Both the position numbers and the translations under genes were made by a program. From an uncultured Gammaproteobacteria bacterium (GTDB taxonomy: Bacteria; Patescibacteriota; Patescibacteriia; UBA1558; UBA10009): a stretch of 64,000 bases of DNA. Below are positions 35,533 to 45,442 of the stretch, piece after piece (the first letter of the stretch is position 1; each line of letters begins with the position of its first letter). Location of the stretch: positions 74,031 through 138,030 of the forward strand of contig CAZPMS010000003.1 of NCBI GenBank assembly GCA_964588165.1, read 5' to 3'. The notes below the pieces were generated by a model, which did not search any database, was not told the DNA's origin, and worked only from the letters and a program-made list of their open reading frames with translations.

Positions 35533-38133
35533 TTACTTGCTAATTAAAGCGCCATATGAATAATCTTTATCTAAAGCAGTTTCAAATTTTAAGAAAATAT
35601 CGCCCACTTCCATACCTTTATTGGTTGATGAATTATACCATTCCAAATCCATATTCTCCGGCAAATACAGCCGGCTTTCAAAACTGGAATTTATGACGCC
35701 TGATTGGTTTTGGACAAGCAAATTATAAGTATCTTGAGCTAAACTATCTCTAAAACCAATTGAGCCTAAAAATTTTTCAAACTCATTGGCATCTTCCACA
35801 AAATTCAATCTAAAAGGCAGTTCATAAGAAAAAGTTAAAGTCTTACTCTCCCCTACATCCAGCTGTAACCAATTGCCAAAAACTGTTTTACCAAATTCGT
35901 TATTAATACTGGTATTTGATTTTGCCTCAATTAAAGGCAAGCCGCTGATTCTTAATAAATCTCCATCCTGCTTAAAACCTGGGTAAACTTCTTTAAACAA
36001 TTCAGGATCTATAACATCATAACCCGTGGCTTCTATTAACTGGCTGCCTAAAGGAACATATACTCTAATGTATGAGTTGTTTCTGACTCTTTCAAAAACA
36101 TCTTCTGGATTGCCATTATGAGTTAATGTAATAGCCGCAGTGTTTACTAAAGAACCATCCTCTTGGATGTATGAAAAATGCTGGATGTTCTGATCAATCA
36201 CCAAATCGGTTTTGCCACCGGCAATATTTGTCCTAACCACCATTAAATAATCTTTTTCATAATCTTTAAGCTCGCCGGTCCAGCCAAACTTTTGAGCTTG
36301 GTTTTGTAAATTTTCTTTTGTGAAAAAAAGTTGAATATCTTTTTTACTGAAGCTTTCATTAAAAGTTAACAAAGTTGGCAAAAGCTGATCTGTTGGGATA
36401 TCCAATAGCCTATCAATTAAAACTGGCAATAGATCACCAATAATTTTTTTGGGTCGGTTTTCTTCCCTGTCGTATTCAAACTCTGCTTCGTGCTGTAAGG
36501 CTAAAATAACATTATCCGGTGTTAAAAGCTGGTTATAAGCCGGTAACTCTATATTACCTACCACTTCTAATATCTTAGGGAGTACCGTAGCATTAATTGC
36601 AATTACACCATCATAAGTCGGCCAGCCCGATTTTTCAAATGACCACAGTAACTTTTGTGCTGAGGTTGGAAAATCCGGCCACCAGTTATGATCCCAAGGC
36701 ATCCAAGGTGTTCCCAAAAGATGCATTGGCTGGGGTGAAATTATTTTTTCTAAAAAGTCATGTTTTAAATCATAAAGTCCACCACCTGGAACTTCCATGT
36801 TGGCAATCTTTCCATCATCAACATCAACTAAGGCAAAGCTACCCAAAAAACCGCCGGTACCTCTTAATTCGTTATTGTTTTGGAAAAGAAATAAATATCT
36901 TTTAGGAAAGTCGTAACCGAGTATGGCAAAGGTTGAATCAATAAGTTGGTTAACCACATTTAAACTTTCTAATAATTCCGGCAACCTGTTTTGAATTTGT
37001 TCAAAACTTTTCTGGTATTCACTAGGTAAGCTAGAGTGATCTATTTCTGAAAAAAGTTTTAAAGCGCTTTCTAAATCAATTATGGTAGAATGCAGGCTTT
37101 CTCTTACCTGCGGTAAAGAATCTGCTATGGCATTTTCTAGATCATCTGATTTATTTAAACTGGCAAAAGTTACAGAAAAATTGGTAGCGGCACTGGAAAT
37201 TAATTCGCCTGACTCTAAAAGCTTCTTACTATCAGCAACTTTTTTGCCGGCCACAGGCAGGCTTTCTAAAAATTCAACTAATGACTGGTTATACTGGAGT
37301 AAAACATCTTGTGCCTGTGAAAAATAGCTGCTTGCCTGGCTGAAGTTTATACTGGCTGAATTCCAATCGGAAAAAGAGATGGCTTCTACAGCCTGTTCAA
37401 ATTCATTAAAAGCTTCTTCGGTTGCACCCAGTACCTGACCCTTGGTTTTTACAACTCTATCATATAAATAAATCCCTCTAATTGGTAAAACAATCAGCAA
37501 CGCTATTAAAGCAAAATTAAGTGCAGTTTTTAAATTCTGCCACCGTAAATCAATAGGCGCTGATGGCGATTCAACTTTTCTTTTTTTGATCCTAGGTTTT
37601 GGCTTAAAAAAATCAACCACCACAGCTAAATTATCTTTGAAAAAATTCCTTTTTATTAAGCTAGGCTTAGGAATTTCTAATTTTGAACTTTCTATTCTAA
37701 ATTCTTTAAAAAGATGGTCGCTTTTATTTAATTTTGACTTTGCCTTCTTACCCTTGCTTAGATCTAAAGTATATAAAGAATTATTCAAGGATTGGAAATT
37801 AACACTTGATTTGTTTTTAGCCCTATTGCTGTAAGAGATATTAATTGAATTACGGTTTGTAACTTGTTTTTCGGATTGTTGGGGTTTAATAATTTGATCA
37901 GAATCTACTTGGCCATAAATAATTTCATCCAATTCATTAATAACTGGCTTTATTTTATCCTGATTTCTTTTTAATTCTTTATCCAGTTGTTGTGAATAAT
38001 AAATTTGTTCATCTATTAAAAGATTATCCACTTCTAAACTAAGGGCCTCGGACTCGTTTTTATTCAGATTCAAACTGACATCTTTTTTAGTTGTTTTTTT
38101 CGGCCTGCCTCTTTTTTTATTTTTTTGTATCAT
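35533..38133 (-). CDS. Large membrane-anchored DUF4012-domain protein with N-terminal cytoplasmic AT-hook (glycan-locus associated)
   Basis: N-terminus MIQKNKKRGRPKKTTKK; TM LNFALIALLIVLPIRGIYLY; DUF4012 core FQNNNELRGTGGFLGSFALVDVDDGKIANMEVPGGGLYDL. Confidence 0.7.
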   Translation of the reverse strand: MIQKNKKRGRPKKTTKKDVSLNLNKNESEALSLEVDNLLIDEQIYYSQQLDKELKRNQDKIKPVINELDEIIYGQVDSDQIIKPQQSEKQVTNRNSINISYSNRAKNKSSVNFQSLNNSLYTLDLSKGKKAKSKLNKSDHLFKEFRIESSKLEIPKPSLIKRNFFKDNLAVVVDFFKPKPRIKKRKVESPSAPIDLRWQNLKTALNFALIALLIVLPIRGIYLYDRVVKTKGQVLGATEEAFNEFEQAVEAISFSDWNSASINFSQASSYFSQAQDVLLQYNQSLVEFLESLPVAGKKVADSKKLLESGELISSAATNFSVTFASLNKSDDLENAIADSLPQVRESLHSTIIDLESALKLFSEIDHSSLPSEYQKSFEQIQNRLPELLESLNVVNQLIDSTFAILGYDFPKRYLFLFQNNNELRGTGGFLGSFALVDVDDGKIANMEVPGGGLYDLKHDFLEKIISPQPMHLLGTPWMPWDHNWWPDFPTSAQKLLWSFEKSGWPTYDGVIAINATVLPKILEVVGNIELPAYNQLLTPDNVILALQHEAEFEYDREENRPKKIIGDLLPVLIDRLLDIPTDQLLPTLLTFNESFSKKDIQLFFTKENLQNQAQKFGWTGELKDYEKDYLMVVRTNIAGGKTDLVIDQNIQHFSYIQEDGSLVNTAAITLTHNGNPEDVFERVRNNSYIRVYVPLGSQLIEATGYDVIDPELFKEVYPGFKQDGDLLRISGLPLIEAKSNTSINNEFGKTVFGNWLQLDVGESKTLTFSYELPFRLNFVEDANEFEKFLGSIGFRDSLAQDTYNLLVQNQSGVINSSFESRLYLPENMDLEWYNSSTNKGMEVGDIFLKFETALDKDYSYGALISK

Positions 38134-38284
38134 TAAAAAAATTTATCAACAGTTTTGTTAATTTATCCATTACCACTTTTTTGATTTATCAAGAAAGATA
38201 CTCTTAATTTATCCGCAATCTTAAAAGAATTTATAAAATCCAAATGTATTTTAAAAGTGGTAATGGATAAATTATAACACAAAT

Positions 38285-39379
38285 TTAACTTATACGACAA
38301 TATAAATTGTGGGTTTCTTTTATCATTTTCTGCCAACTGAATCTTTTAATATTTTCTCGGCCTTTGGCAATTAAAATCTTCCGTAATTTATCATCAGCTA
38401 TAACTTGCTCAATTGATTTTTTAATCTCTAAATCATTTTTAGGATTAAAGTAAATGGCTGAATCAGCTAAAACTTCCGGCAAACTTGAAGTATTAGATGA
38501 AACAACCGGCAAGCTATGGGCCTGGGCTTCTATAGCGGGTAAGCCAAAGCCTTCGTGTAAAGTGGGATAAATATAAGCCACAGCTTTAGCATACAGCCCG
38601 GAAAGCTCACTTTCCGAAACATAGCCGGTAAAAATTATATCCTTATAATCTTTAACAATCTTTTTTAACCTTTTATAAAAATAGTCCTGCCAACCAACTA
38701 AAACCAATTGGAATTTATTAGACGAGTTAAATTCTTTAAAAACATTTACCAGCCTTTCTAAATTTTTATGAGGATAAGCTGCGCCTACATATAATAAATA
38801 CGGCTTAGAAATATTAAAATGATTAATAGCAGTTGGTTGATGTTTATCTTTAAGAAAATAACCTTCGTAGGTAACTTCAATTTTTTCTGCAGGAACTTGG
38901 TAATAGCTTAAAATATCTTTTTTAACGAAATTTGTTGGCACTATAATTTTTTTTGAAGTTTTTACAGCATGCTTTAATATTGTTTTATAGCCCCAAAGCT
39001 TAATTTTATACTGCCATTTTGGCAAAGTGGTTGAACGGGAGCTCGGAAAATGATTAATAATTAAATCATGAATGGTAACAATATATTTATCACTGAAAAA
39101 AAGTGGTACATTAAAATGAGGAAAATGAACCAGATCCAGTTTTTCTTTTTTAATTATTTTTGGTACTAAAAACTGCTCCTTTAAACTATACCATCTGGCA
39201 TCTAGTAAAACCTTTTTAGCTTTGCTATTATTAAATTCGTCAAAATTATCTTTGCTTAAAAAAATTACGTATTTATTTTTTTTATCATACTCAAGCAGGC
39301 CGTCTACTAGCTTTTTTACGTACCTGCCCAAGCCCCTATGTTTAGTGCCATATAATCTGGCATCTATGCCTATTTTCAT
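38285..39379 (-). CDS. Glycosyltransferase family 4 (GT-B, RfaB-like)
   Basis: MKIGIDARLYGTKHRGLGRYVKKL... N-terminus; C-terminal EGFGLPAIEAQAHSLPVVSSNTSSLPEV GT4 motif. Confidence 0.8.
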   Translation of the reverse strand: MKIGIDARLYGTKHRGLGRYVKKLVDGLLEYDKKNKYVIFLSKDNFDEFNNSKAKKVLLDARWYSLKEQFLVPKIIKKEKLDLVHFPHFNVPLFFSDKYIVTIHDLIINHFPSSRSTTLPKWQYKIKLWGYKTILKHAVKTSKKIIVPTNFVKKDILSYYQVPAEKIEVTYEGYFLKDKHQPTAINHFNISKPYLLYVGAAYPHKNLERLVNVFKEFNSSNKFQLVLVGWQDYFYKRLKKIVKDYKDIIFTGYVSESELSGLYAKAVAYIYPTLHEGFGLPAIEAQAHSLPVVSSNTSSLPEVLADSAIYFNPKNDLEIKKSIEQVIADDKLRKILIAKGRENIKRFSWQKMIKETHNLYCRIS

Positions 39380-39440
39380 ATAACTACTAGTTTACGAATT
39401 AATACTAATATACAAATTGGATATTCTCTATAATTATTAT

Positions 39441-39561
39441 TTTATTTTCTTAATTATACCTTTATTAGTCCCGATATAAAATCGGGACGTCGCGAGGTTA
39501 ATATTTATATTTTCCTTACGATGCCTCGCTCCGCATCAACTTCAACTAAATCACCGTCTTT
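39441..39561. repeat. Perfect direct repeat copy 1 (about 121 bp), spanning the 3' end and 3' flank of paralog A. Copy 2 is at 40921-41041.
   Basis: Copy 1 (39441-39561) and copy 2 (40921-41041) share the identical sequence tttattttcttaattatacctttattagtcccgatataaaatcgggacgtcgcgaggttaatatttatattttccttacgatgcctcgctccgcatcaacttcaactaaatcaccgtcttt. The flank contains the hairpin tcccgat-ataaa-atcggga. Confidence 0.9.
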
Positions 39562-40920
39562 TAAAATTTTTGTTACAGCTTTAACACCGATTATTGTCGG
39601 AATCTTCAGTTCTCTGGAAATTATAGAAGCATGAGATAATACCCCGCCCTCTTCGGTTATAACTGCCTTGACTTTTTTTAATACAGGCAAATAATTTGGC
39701 TGTGTTGAACTTGCCACTAAAATATTTCCAGTTTTAACTTTTTTAAAATCATCTGGGCCGTTTACAATCACAGCCGATCCGGAAGCCTTGCCTTTATATG
39801 CTGTTTGGCCTTTTATGATTTTATTATTTATAGTATAAAATTTAATCTTTTTTGCAATTTTTTTTGATTCCTTGCCTTCATAAATGGTGGATTGGCTAAA
39901 ATTAGTAATATAAATGAAAGATTCCTTTCTTCTCTTTAGTAAACTTTGATCCACTTTTTTATTTTCTTCTAATAAGCTTATTACCTCAAAGACTGTAAAA
40001 TTAAAAATTTCTTTATAATTTTTTATATTGATTCTCTTAGATATTTCCTTCAATAAATTCATTAAATAAATTCCCGAACGATAAAACTCCTCGCTGCGAA
40101 AACTTCTAAAATAAATGGATTCATTAATAGTTTTTATTAAATAGATTAAAGATTTTTTATTTTTGTATTTACCCAATATTTTATTAAATCTTTCTTTTTG
40201 CTTATTTTTCTCATTTTGCGCTTTGGAAAGACTTTTTTCAGGATCTAATTTAGCTTGTCTTTTTATTCTATTTAAATAATAGCTCCCATTATAATAATCG
40301 CCGTAGTAACCAGTGTCTTTAAGCCAAGAATAATTAAAAATATGCTTTTCTAAATCTTTCTCAATATTTTGATTATTCTTGAATTTAATAGAGATTTTTA
40401 ATAATGAAATTTTTTCATCTAATTCACGAGAATTTTTTACTGGTGACAAAATCGTGCTTAATTCATCGTTATTAACCTGCTTAATTATCTCGTCAGTTAT
40501 TTTATCCTCAACATAAAGAGGTAATAATGCGTAAGCGGCAAAATTTGTCATCCTACTGATAAAATCCTTAATTAGTCTTGATAGTTGTTTGTTAGAATAA
40601 CTACTATAATTTTTAATTTTATAAACTCCCTTTAAAAAAATAATTAATTGTTTATGCTCTTTATAACAATGTGATAGTTGCTGATAAAGGAAATTTGGAC
40701 TTTTTTTTAAATAATTCCATAATCTATTTTGCATTTCTTGCCAATCTTTTTTAGAAAAAACTACCTTATTATCAATCGCCCCAACATGCCTCATCCAGTA
40801 TTTAATATTTTCCATTTTTACTGATTGAATGGCAAAACTTCTAAAAACAACATGGACATACCATAAGCTCCTTTGTCTTGTATGTACATAATGCCAGTTT
40901 ATTTTAGACAGATCAATCAT
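39505..40920 (-). CDS. PEP-utilizing-enzyme swivel-domain protein (471 aa), tandem paralog A
   Basis: C-terminus ...EGGVLSHASIISRELKIPTIIGVKAVTKILKDGDLVEVDAERGIVRKI. The last 19 codons and the 64-bp 3' flank are identical to paralog B. Confidence 0.65.
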   Translation of the reverse strand: MIDLSKINWHYVHTRQRSLWYVHVVFRSFAIQSVKMENIKYWMRHVGAIDNKVVFSKKDWQEMQNRLWNYLKKSPNFLYQQLSHCYKEHKQLIIFLKGVYKIKNYSSYSNKQLSRLIKDFISRMTNFAAYALLPLYVEDKITDEIIKQVNNDELSTILSPVKNSRELDEKISLLKISIKFKNNQNIEKDLEKHIFNYSWLKDTGYYGDYYNGSYYLNRIKRQAKLDPEKSLSKAQNEKNKQKERFNKILGKYKNKKSLIYLIKTINESIYFRSFRSEEFYRSGIYLMNLLKEISKRINIKNYKEIFNFTVFEVISLLEENKKVDQSLLKRRKESFIYITNFSQSTIYEGKESKKIAKKIKFYTINNKIIKGQTAYKGKASGSAVIVNGPDDFKKVKTGNILVASSTQPNYLPVLKKVKAVITEEGGVLSHASIISRELKIPTIIGVKAVTKILKDGDLVEVDAERGIVRKI

Positions 40921-41041
40921 TTTATTTTCTTAATTATACCTTTATTAGTCCCGATATAAAATCGGGACGTCGCGAGGTTAATATTTATATTTTCCTTACG
41001 ATGCCTCGCTCCGCATCAACTTCAACTAAATCACCGTCTTT
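40921..41041. repeat. Perfect direct repeat copy 2 (see 39441-39561)
   Basis: Identical to 39441-39561 on direct reading of both lines. Confidence 0.9.
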
Positions 41042-42436
41042 GAAAACTTTGGTGGCAACTAAAGTATTTACAACACAAGGCTTGCCTAATTCTCTGGAAA
41101 CTATAGCAGCATGGCAAGTAATGCCACCAACTTCCGTAACCACAGCCACTGATTTTTTCATAGCGGTAACAAAATCAACAGATGTAGAGGGAACCACTAA
41201 CACTTCGCCATCTTTCATTTTAGATAATTCAGAGATGCTGCTTATTACTCTGGCCTTGCCTTTAGCTTTACCAGGAGAAGCACCTAAGCCGCAAAGTTCT
41301 TTTTTATTACCTAATGATACTTTTGGCTTATCTTTTAAACATTCTTGATTAATCTTAGAGTGCAAATTTTTAGCCTGCTTGCCGGTGATTATCTTTTGTT
41401 TGTCTAAATTTATAACTTGAACAGCAAACGACTGCCTTTCTTTAATAATTTTTTTAAAATTACTATTACTGATTTTACCTACAAGGCCTTTCCTGATTTC
41501 CTGGGGTGTTAAGAATTTAAGCTCACTAAAAGTAACTTTAAATTCCTCAGCGATTCTTTCATAAATAGGCTTGGCTTTATGAACAATATAACTGGTATGC
41601 AAATCCACTCTGGTTCTGATTAAAGTAAAATATCTTAACATATTAATATCTTTAAGTAATCTACCTGAAAGGCTAAGCTCTTTTATGGTTTTTTTATTTA
41701 ATAACTTTGTCTTATTTGAATAATTTTTTATGTCAGACATCCTTTTTTTAATATCTTTAGCCTTTAGTTCTTGGTTTAGTCTAAACATTAGATCTTCCAT
41801 TTCCCACGGTTCATTGTCATACCATACAGGAATCCATTCAAATTTCTTAAGATGTTTTTTGAATATTGGTTTTATATCATCAATTAAGCCACCTTTAAAC
41901 TTGCTGACAATTTCTAAAAAATTAAGCTCTTCTTTTTGCGTTTCTAAAAATTCCCAAGGCGTGGTTACAGCAATCAATTTGTTAGTAAACTGCTCTTCCT
42001 TTCTTTGTTTCTTTAAAATATCTTTAAACTTTTTACTAATTCTTTCTAAATATATTTCATCAATGGCATGATTAATATCACCAATTGGTTCAGCTAAAAA
42101 CAATAGGTTCCAATATTTGTTAAATGATTTTAAAAGTTTTGCCCGATTAATATTTTTGATATCGGCTAAATTATTATTAAGAAATTTATTAAGATTTCTA
42201 AAATTCTTTTCATGATTTTGGCCGTATCTTTTGATATAATATGGATCTTTATCAATTCTAGTCCACCAAATTTTATGCATCCTCTTATAATCAGAAGTAT
42301 AAGTATAATAATGAGCCAATAAATCCTTATGTACTCTAATTACTCTCTTAAAAACCACTTCTCGCCTGTCCCAATAATAAAGGCTGTAATGAAGTATGCT
42401 GATAGACCATGATCCAAACTTATGATATTTTGACAT
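40985..42436 (-). CDS. PEP-utilizing-enzyme swivel-domain protein (483 aa), tandem paralog B
   Basis: C-terminus ...GGITCHAAIVSRELGKPCVVNTLVATKVFKDGDLVEVDAERGIVRKI. Confidence 0.65.
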   Translation of the reverse strand: MSKYHKFGSWSISILHYSLYYWDRREVVFKRVIRVHKDLLAHYYTYTSDYKRMHKIWWTRIDKDPYYIKRYGQNHEKNFRNLNKFLNNNLADIKNINRAKLLKSFNKYWNLLFLAEPIGDINHAIDEIYLERISKKFKDILKKQRKEEQFTNKLIAVTTPWEFLETQKEELNFLEIVSKFKGGLIDDIKPIFKKHLKKFEWIPVWYDNEPWEMEDLMFRLNQELKAKDIKKRMSDIKNYSNKTKLLNKKTIKELSLSGRLLKDINMLRYFTLIRTRVDLHTSYIVHKAKPIYERIAEEFKVTFSELKFLTPQEIRKGLVGKISNSNFKKIIKERQSFAVQVINLDKQKIITGKQAKNLHSKINQECLKDKPKVSLGNKKELCGLGASPGKAKGKARVISSISELSKMKDGEVLVVPSTSVDFVTAMKKSVAVVTEVGGITCHAAIVSRELGKPCVVNTLVATKVFKDGDLVEVDAERGIVRKI

Positions 42437-42439
42437 ATT

Positions 42440-43564
42440 TTAAATTGTTGATTCAAATATATTTAAAATCTCTTTAGCTGTGTTTTGCCAATCAAACTTT
42501 TTAACTTGCTGATAGCTTTTGTTAATCAAATTTTGACGCAACTGATCATCGATTAGTATTTGATTCATTGCTGACGTGATTTCTTTAACATTATACGGAT
42601 CAACAAGTATGGCTGCGTCCCCTACCACTTCGGGTAAAGATGAATTAGTTGAAGTTATAACCGGACAGCCAACACTCATAGCTTCCAATGGCGGAAAACC
42701 AAAACCCTCATAAAAACTGGGCCAGATAAATAAGTCAGCCAGTTGATACAAGGCTGACCTATCTGCCGGATCAACATAATCTATAAACTTGATTTTATCT
42801 TTGGCTGATGACCTGCTGGCTTTTTTATAAATCTTCCTATAAAGCCAGCCTTTGCCTCCGCCAATTACTAAACTATAACCTGAATCAGTTATTTGTTCAA
42901 AAGCAGATATGATTCCTTCTACATTTTTCCTGGGTTCCAAGGTTCCAAGGTAAAGAATAAATTTATGAGGTAAACTATATTTCTCTTTAATTAGTCCCTC
43001 GTCCCTCGTCCCTCGTCCTACATTCACGCCTGAATATATAACACTAACTTTATTCTCAGGAATACCATAAACCTCAACCAGATCTTTTTTAGTACTATTA
43101 GAAACTGCAATAATTTTATCAGCTGACTTTAATTTCTGGCCGGGCTTTACAACCTTATGCCAAAAACTCATTTTTTTTGAATAAGCCCAAGGAATTTTTT
43201 TAAAGGATAAATCATGAACTGTAATAATCGATTTACAATTTTTAGAAATGGACCAAAAGTTTAAATTAGGAAACCAAAATAAATCACAACCGCCAACCAT
43301 TTTATCCAACTTTGGCCAATTAAAAAAAGTTATTGCTAAATTCAATAACTTATTGGGATAATTAAACTTATATATTTTTACATTAGGAAACTTTTTTAGC
43401 TCTTCAATTTTAGTTTGATCTGATGATCTAGCTGAATTAAAAAAAAGTTTATATTGATTTTTTTGATCAATTTCTAATAAATTCTTTAAAACCTCATAAG
43501 TATAAATACCAACTCCGGTTAAATTGTTAGCCAAAAGCGGCCTAATATCAATACCAATTATCAT
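42440..43564 (-). CDS. Glycosyltransferase family 4
   Basis: MIIGIDIRPLLANNLTGVGIYTYE... and C-terminal EGFGFPPLEAMSVGCPVITSTNSSLPEV. Contains an in-frame (GTCCCTC)x3.5 heptamer repeat at about 42990-43018. Confidence 0.8.
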   Translation of the reverse strand: MIIGIDIRPLLANNLTGVGIYTYEVLKNLLEIDQKNQYKLFFNSARSSDQTKIEELKKFPNVKIYKFNYPNKLLNLAITFFNWPKLDKMVGGCDLFWFPNLNFWSISKNCKSIITVHDLSFKKIPWAYSKKMSFWHKVVKPGQKLKSADKIIAVSNSTKKDLVEVYGIPENKVSVIYSGVNVGRGTRDEGLIKEKYSLPHKFILYLGTLEPRKNVEGIISAFEQITDSGYSLVIGGGKGWLYRKIYKKASRSSAKDKIKFIDYVDPADRSALYQLADLFIWPSFYEGFGFPPLEAMSVGCPVITSTNSSLPEVVGDAAILVDPYNVKEITSAMNQILIDDQLRQNLINKSYQQVKKFDWQNTAKEILNIFESTI

Positions 43565-43646
43565 AGAATTGATTGTATTATAGAAAATCTATGCCATTTA
43601 GAAAAGCCCTCTTTAAAATAAGGGCCTTTCTATATATTATTGCCTT

Positions 43647-43769
43647 TTACTTTGTTTTACACCCGCAACTGCAGTTTTCATCGTGGTCACAGCAATGGTT
43701 GCAGCAATTTTCATCGCAATTGCATTTGTTATCTTTATCCAAAGACATTTGGCACTTTGAACAATTCAT
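43647..43769 (-). CDS. Cysteine-rich small protein (40 aa; 12 Cys), metallothionein-like candidate
   Basis: Own translation: MNCSKCQMSLDKDNKCNCDENCCNHCCDHDENCSCGCKTK. Followed by hairpin gaaaagccct...agggcctttc. Below the ORF-track size cutoff. Confidence 0.4.
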   Translation of the reverse strand: MNCSKCQMSLDKDNKCNCDENCCNHCCDHDENCSCGCKTK

Positions 43770-43844
43770 AACTAATTTGATTAATAATTAGCCAAAAACT
43801 CAAAATATTGAACCCTTGTTAATATAATATATCAAAAAATCTGT

Positions 43845-44963
43845 TTATTGTAAATTCATGGAACTGCCTGAAAATTCCTGCCAGGCCTTTCCAACAAAAT
43901 CTTTCATTTCCTTTTCAAACCTGGCTACTGAAAACTTTTCGGCATGCGCTTTAATATCTTGCGGATTGAACTGCTTTAATTCTTGTTGGAACCTAATTAC
44001 TGTATTAGCCAGCTCTTCCCAGCTTTGTTCGTTAATGAATCTGCCGGTTACCCCGTCTATAACAGTTTCTATGGCTCCGCCAGATTTATAAGCAATCACC
44101 GGCCTACCGCAGGCCATAGCTTCTACAGCTGCAATGCCAAAGTCTTCTTCCTGCGGATGGATAAAAGCTTTAGCTCCGGCAATCACTTTATTCCTTTCAG
44201 CATTTGGCAGTTCACCCAAAAATTCAATATTACTTTTAGCAATCTTTTTAAGTTTTGCCCCTTCTTCACCTGTTCCAATAATTTTTAAAGGAATTCGTAA
44301 TTGATTGAAAGCTTTAATGGCAATATCCACTCTTTTATACGGCCTAAGCCTTGAAACAATCACGTAGTAATCACTTATTTCTGGTGAAATGCTGAACTGT
44401 TTGGTAGCAACCGGCGGATAAATAACTGTTGACTCCCGCTGATAATACTTTTTTATTCTTTTGGCTACAAACTCTGAATTGGCAATAAACTTATCTACCC
44501 TTTGGGCTGAAGTATAATCCCAAGTTCTAAGTCTATTTAAAATTAACGGCAAAATCTTTTTAATAATTTTAGGCTGGTTAAGCTCTTCAACATACCTATG
44601 GGCATCGGACCATAAATATCTGGTTGGTGAATGGCAGTAGCTGATGTGCAAAGTATTTGGCGGAGTTATGACTCCCTTGGAAAAAGCAGAGGATGATGAA
44701 ATGACTATATCGTAAGCAGAAAAGTCAAACTGTTCCCAAGCAATCGGCATAAGCCCCAGGTACCATTTAAAATGCCGTTTGGAAAATGGCATCTTTTGCA
44801 GGAATGAAGGTTCAATATTGAAATCTTTAAATAAGCCGGACTTTTCCGGATTATGGATTAAAGTATAAACCGGGCTTTCCGGAAAAATTTTATGCAATTC
44901 AAATAAAACATGCTCGGCTCCGCCGATTTGGAATAAATGATCATGTGTTAAAGCTATTTTCAT
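43845..44963 (-). CDS. Glycosyltransferase family 4 (RfaG-like)
   Basis: MKIALTHDHLFQIGGAEHVL... and EDFGIAAVEAMACGRPVIAYKSGGAIETV motif. Confidence 0.8.
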   Translation of the reverse strand: MKIALTHDHLFQIGGAEHVLFELHKIFPESPVYTLIHNPEKSGLFKDFNIEPSFLQKMPFSKRHFKWYLGLMPIAWEQFDFSAYDIVISSSSAFSKGVITPPNTLHISYCHSPTRYLWSDAHRYVEELNQPKIIKKILPLILNRLRTWDYTSAQRVDKFIANSEFVAKRIKKYYQRESTVIYPPVATKQFSISPEISDYYVIVSRLRPYKRVDIAIKAFNQLRIPLKIIGTGEEGAKLKKIAKSNIEFLGELPNAERNKVIAGAKAFIHPQEEDFGIAAVEAMACGRPVIAYKSGGAIETVIDGVTGRFINEQSWEELANTVIRFQQELKQFNPQDIKAHAEKFSVARFEKEMKDFVGKAWQEFSGSSMNLQ

Positions 44964-45442
44964 ATTAAATCTAAATAACTTTTATTTTTACAATTAAAAA
45001 TTGAATCTAACGCGGAGTTTATTATTTCTTCCTTAATCATATCTTGTTTGATAATATTCTTTAAATTATCTAGCTGGCCTGATATACCATAATTAACTAA
45101 AGTTTCATCAACAAATGATATACTACCTCTGAAAATATCAAGTTTTTCATAATAGCTATTTATATTTTGAGTTTTGTCACATGATTTTATAAATTCTAAA
45201 TCATCACTGTTTATTGATTTCCATCTATAATTAGGAATCATATCTAAATTACTATATGTTGCTATATGATCATCATCAGCTTCTTTTATTAACTCAAGAG
45301 ATTTTTTAGTAGTATTAATTTCTCCTTTTAACATCTCTAATAAATTATTTTGATGATTTAAATTATTTTTCCATAAAACAATCTCACTACCAATATAGCC
45401 TGAGAGAAGTGGAATAATAATTATTAATAAAATAAATTTCAT
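44960..45442 (-). CDS. Hypothetical secreted/membrane-anchored protein (160 aa)
   Basis: N-terminal signal anchor MKFILLIIIIPLLSGYIG; overlaps the upstream GT stop by 4 nt. Confidence 0.4.
   Translation of the reverse strand: MKFILLIIIIPLLSGYIGSEIVLWKNNLNHQNNLLEMLKGEINTTKKSLELIKEADDDHIATYSNLDMIPNYRWKSINSDDLEFIKSCDKTQNINSYYEKLDIFRGSISFVDETLVNYGISGQLDNLKNIIKQDMIKEEIINSALDSIFNCKNKSYLDLI

Noticed and set aside
43573-43791. Plus-strand 72-aa ORF
   Set aside because: It overlaps the compact minus-strand Cys-rich ORF, which has a proper start and stop and a terminator hairpin. The plus ORF is Leu/Ser/Gln low-complexity.
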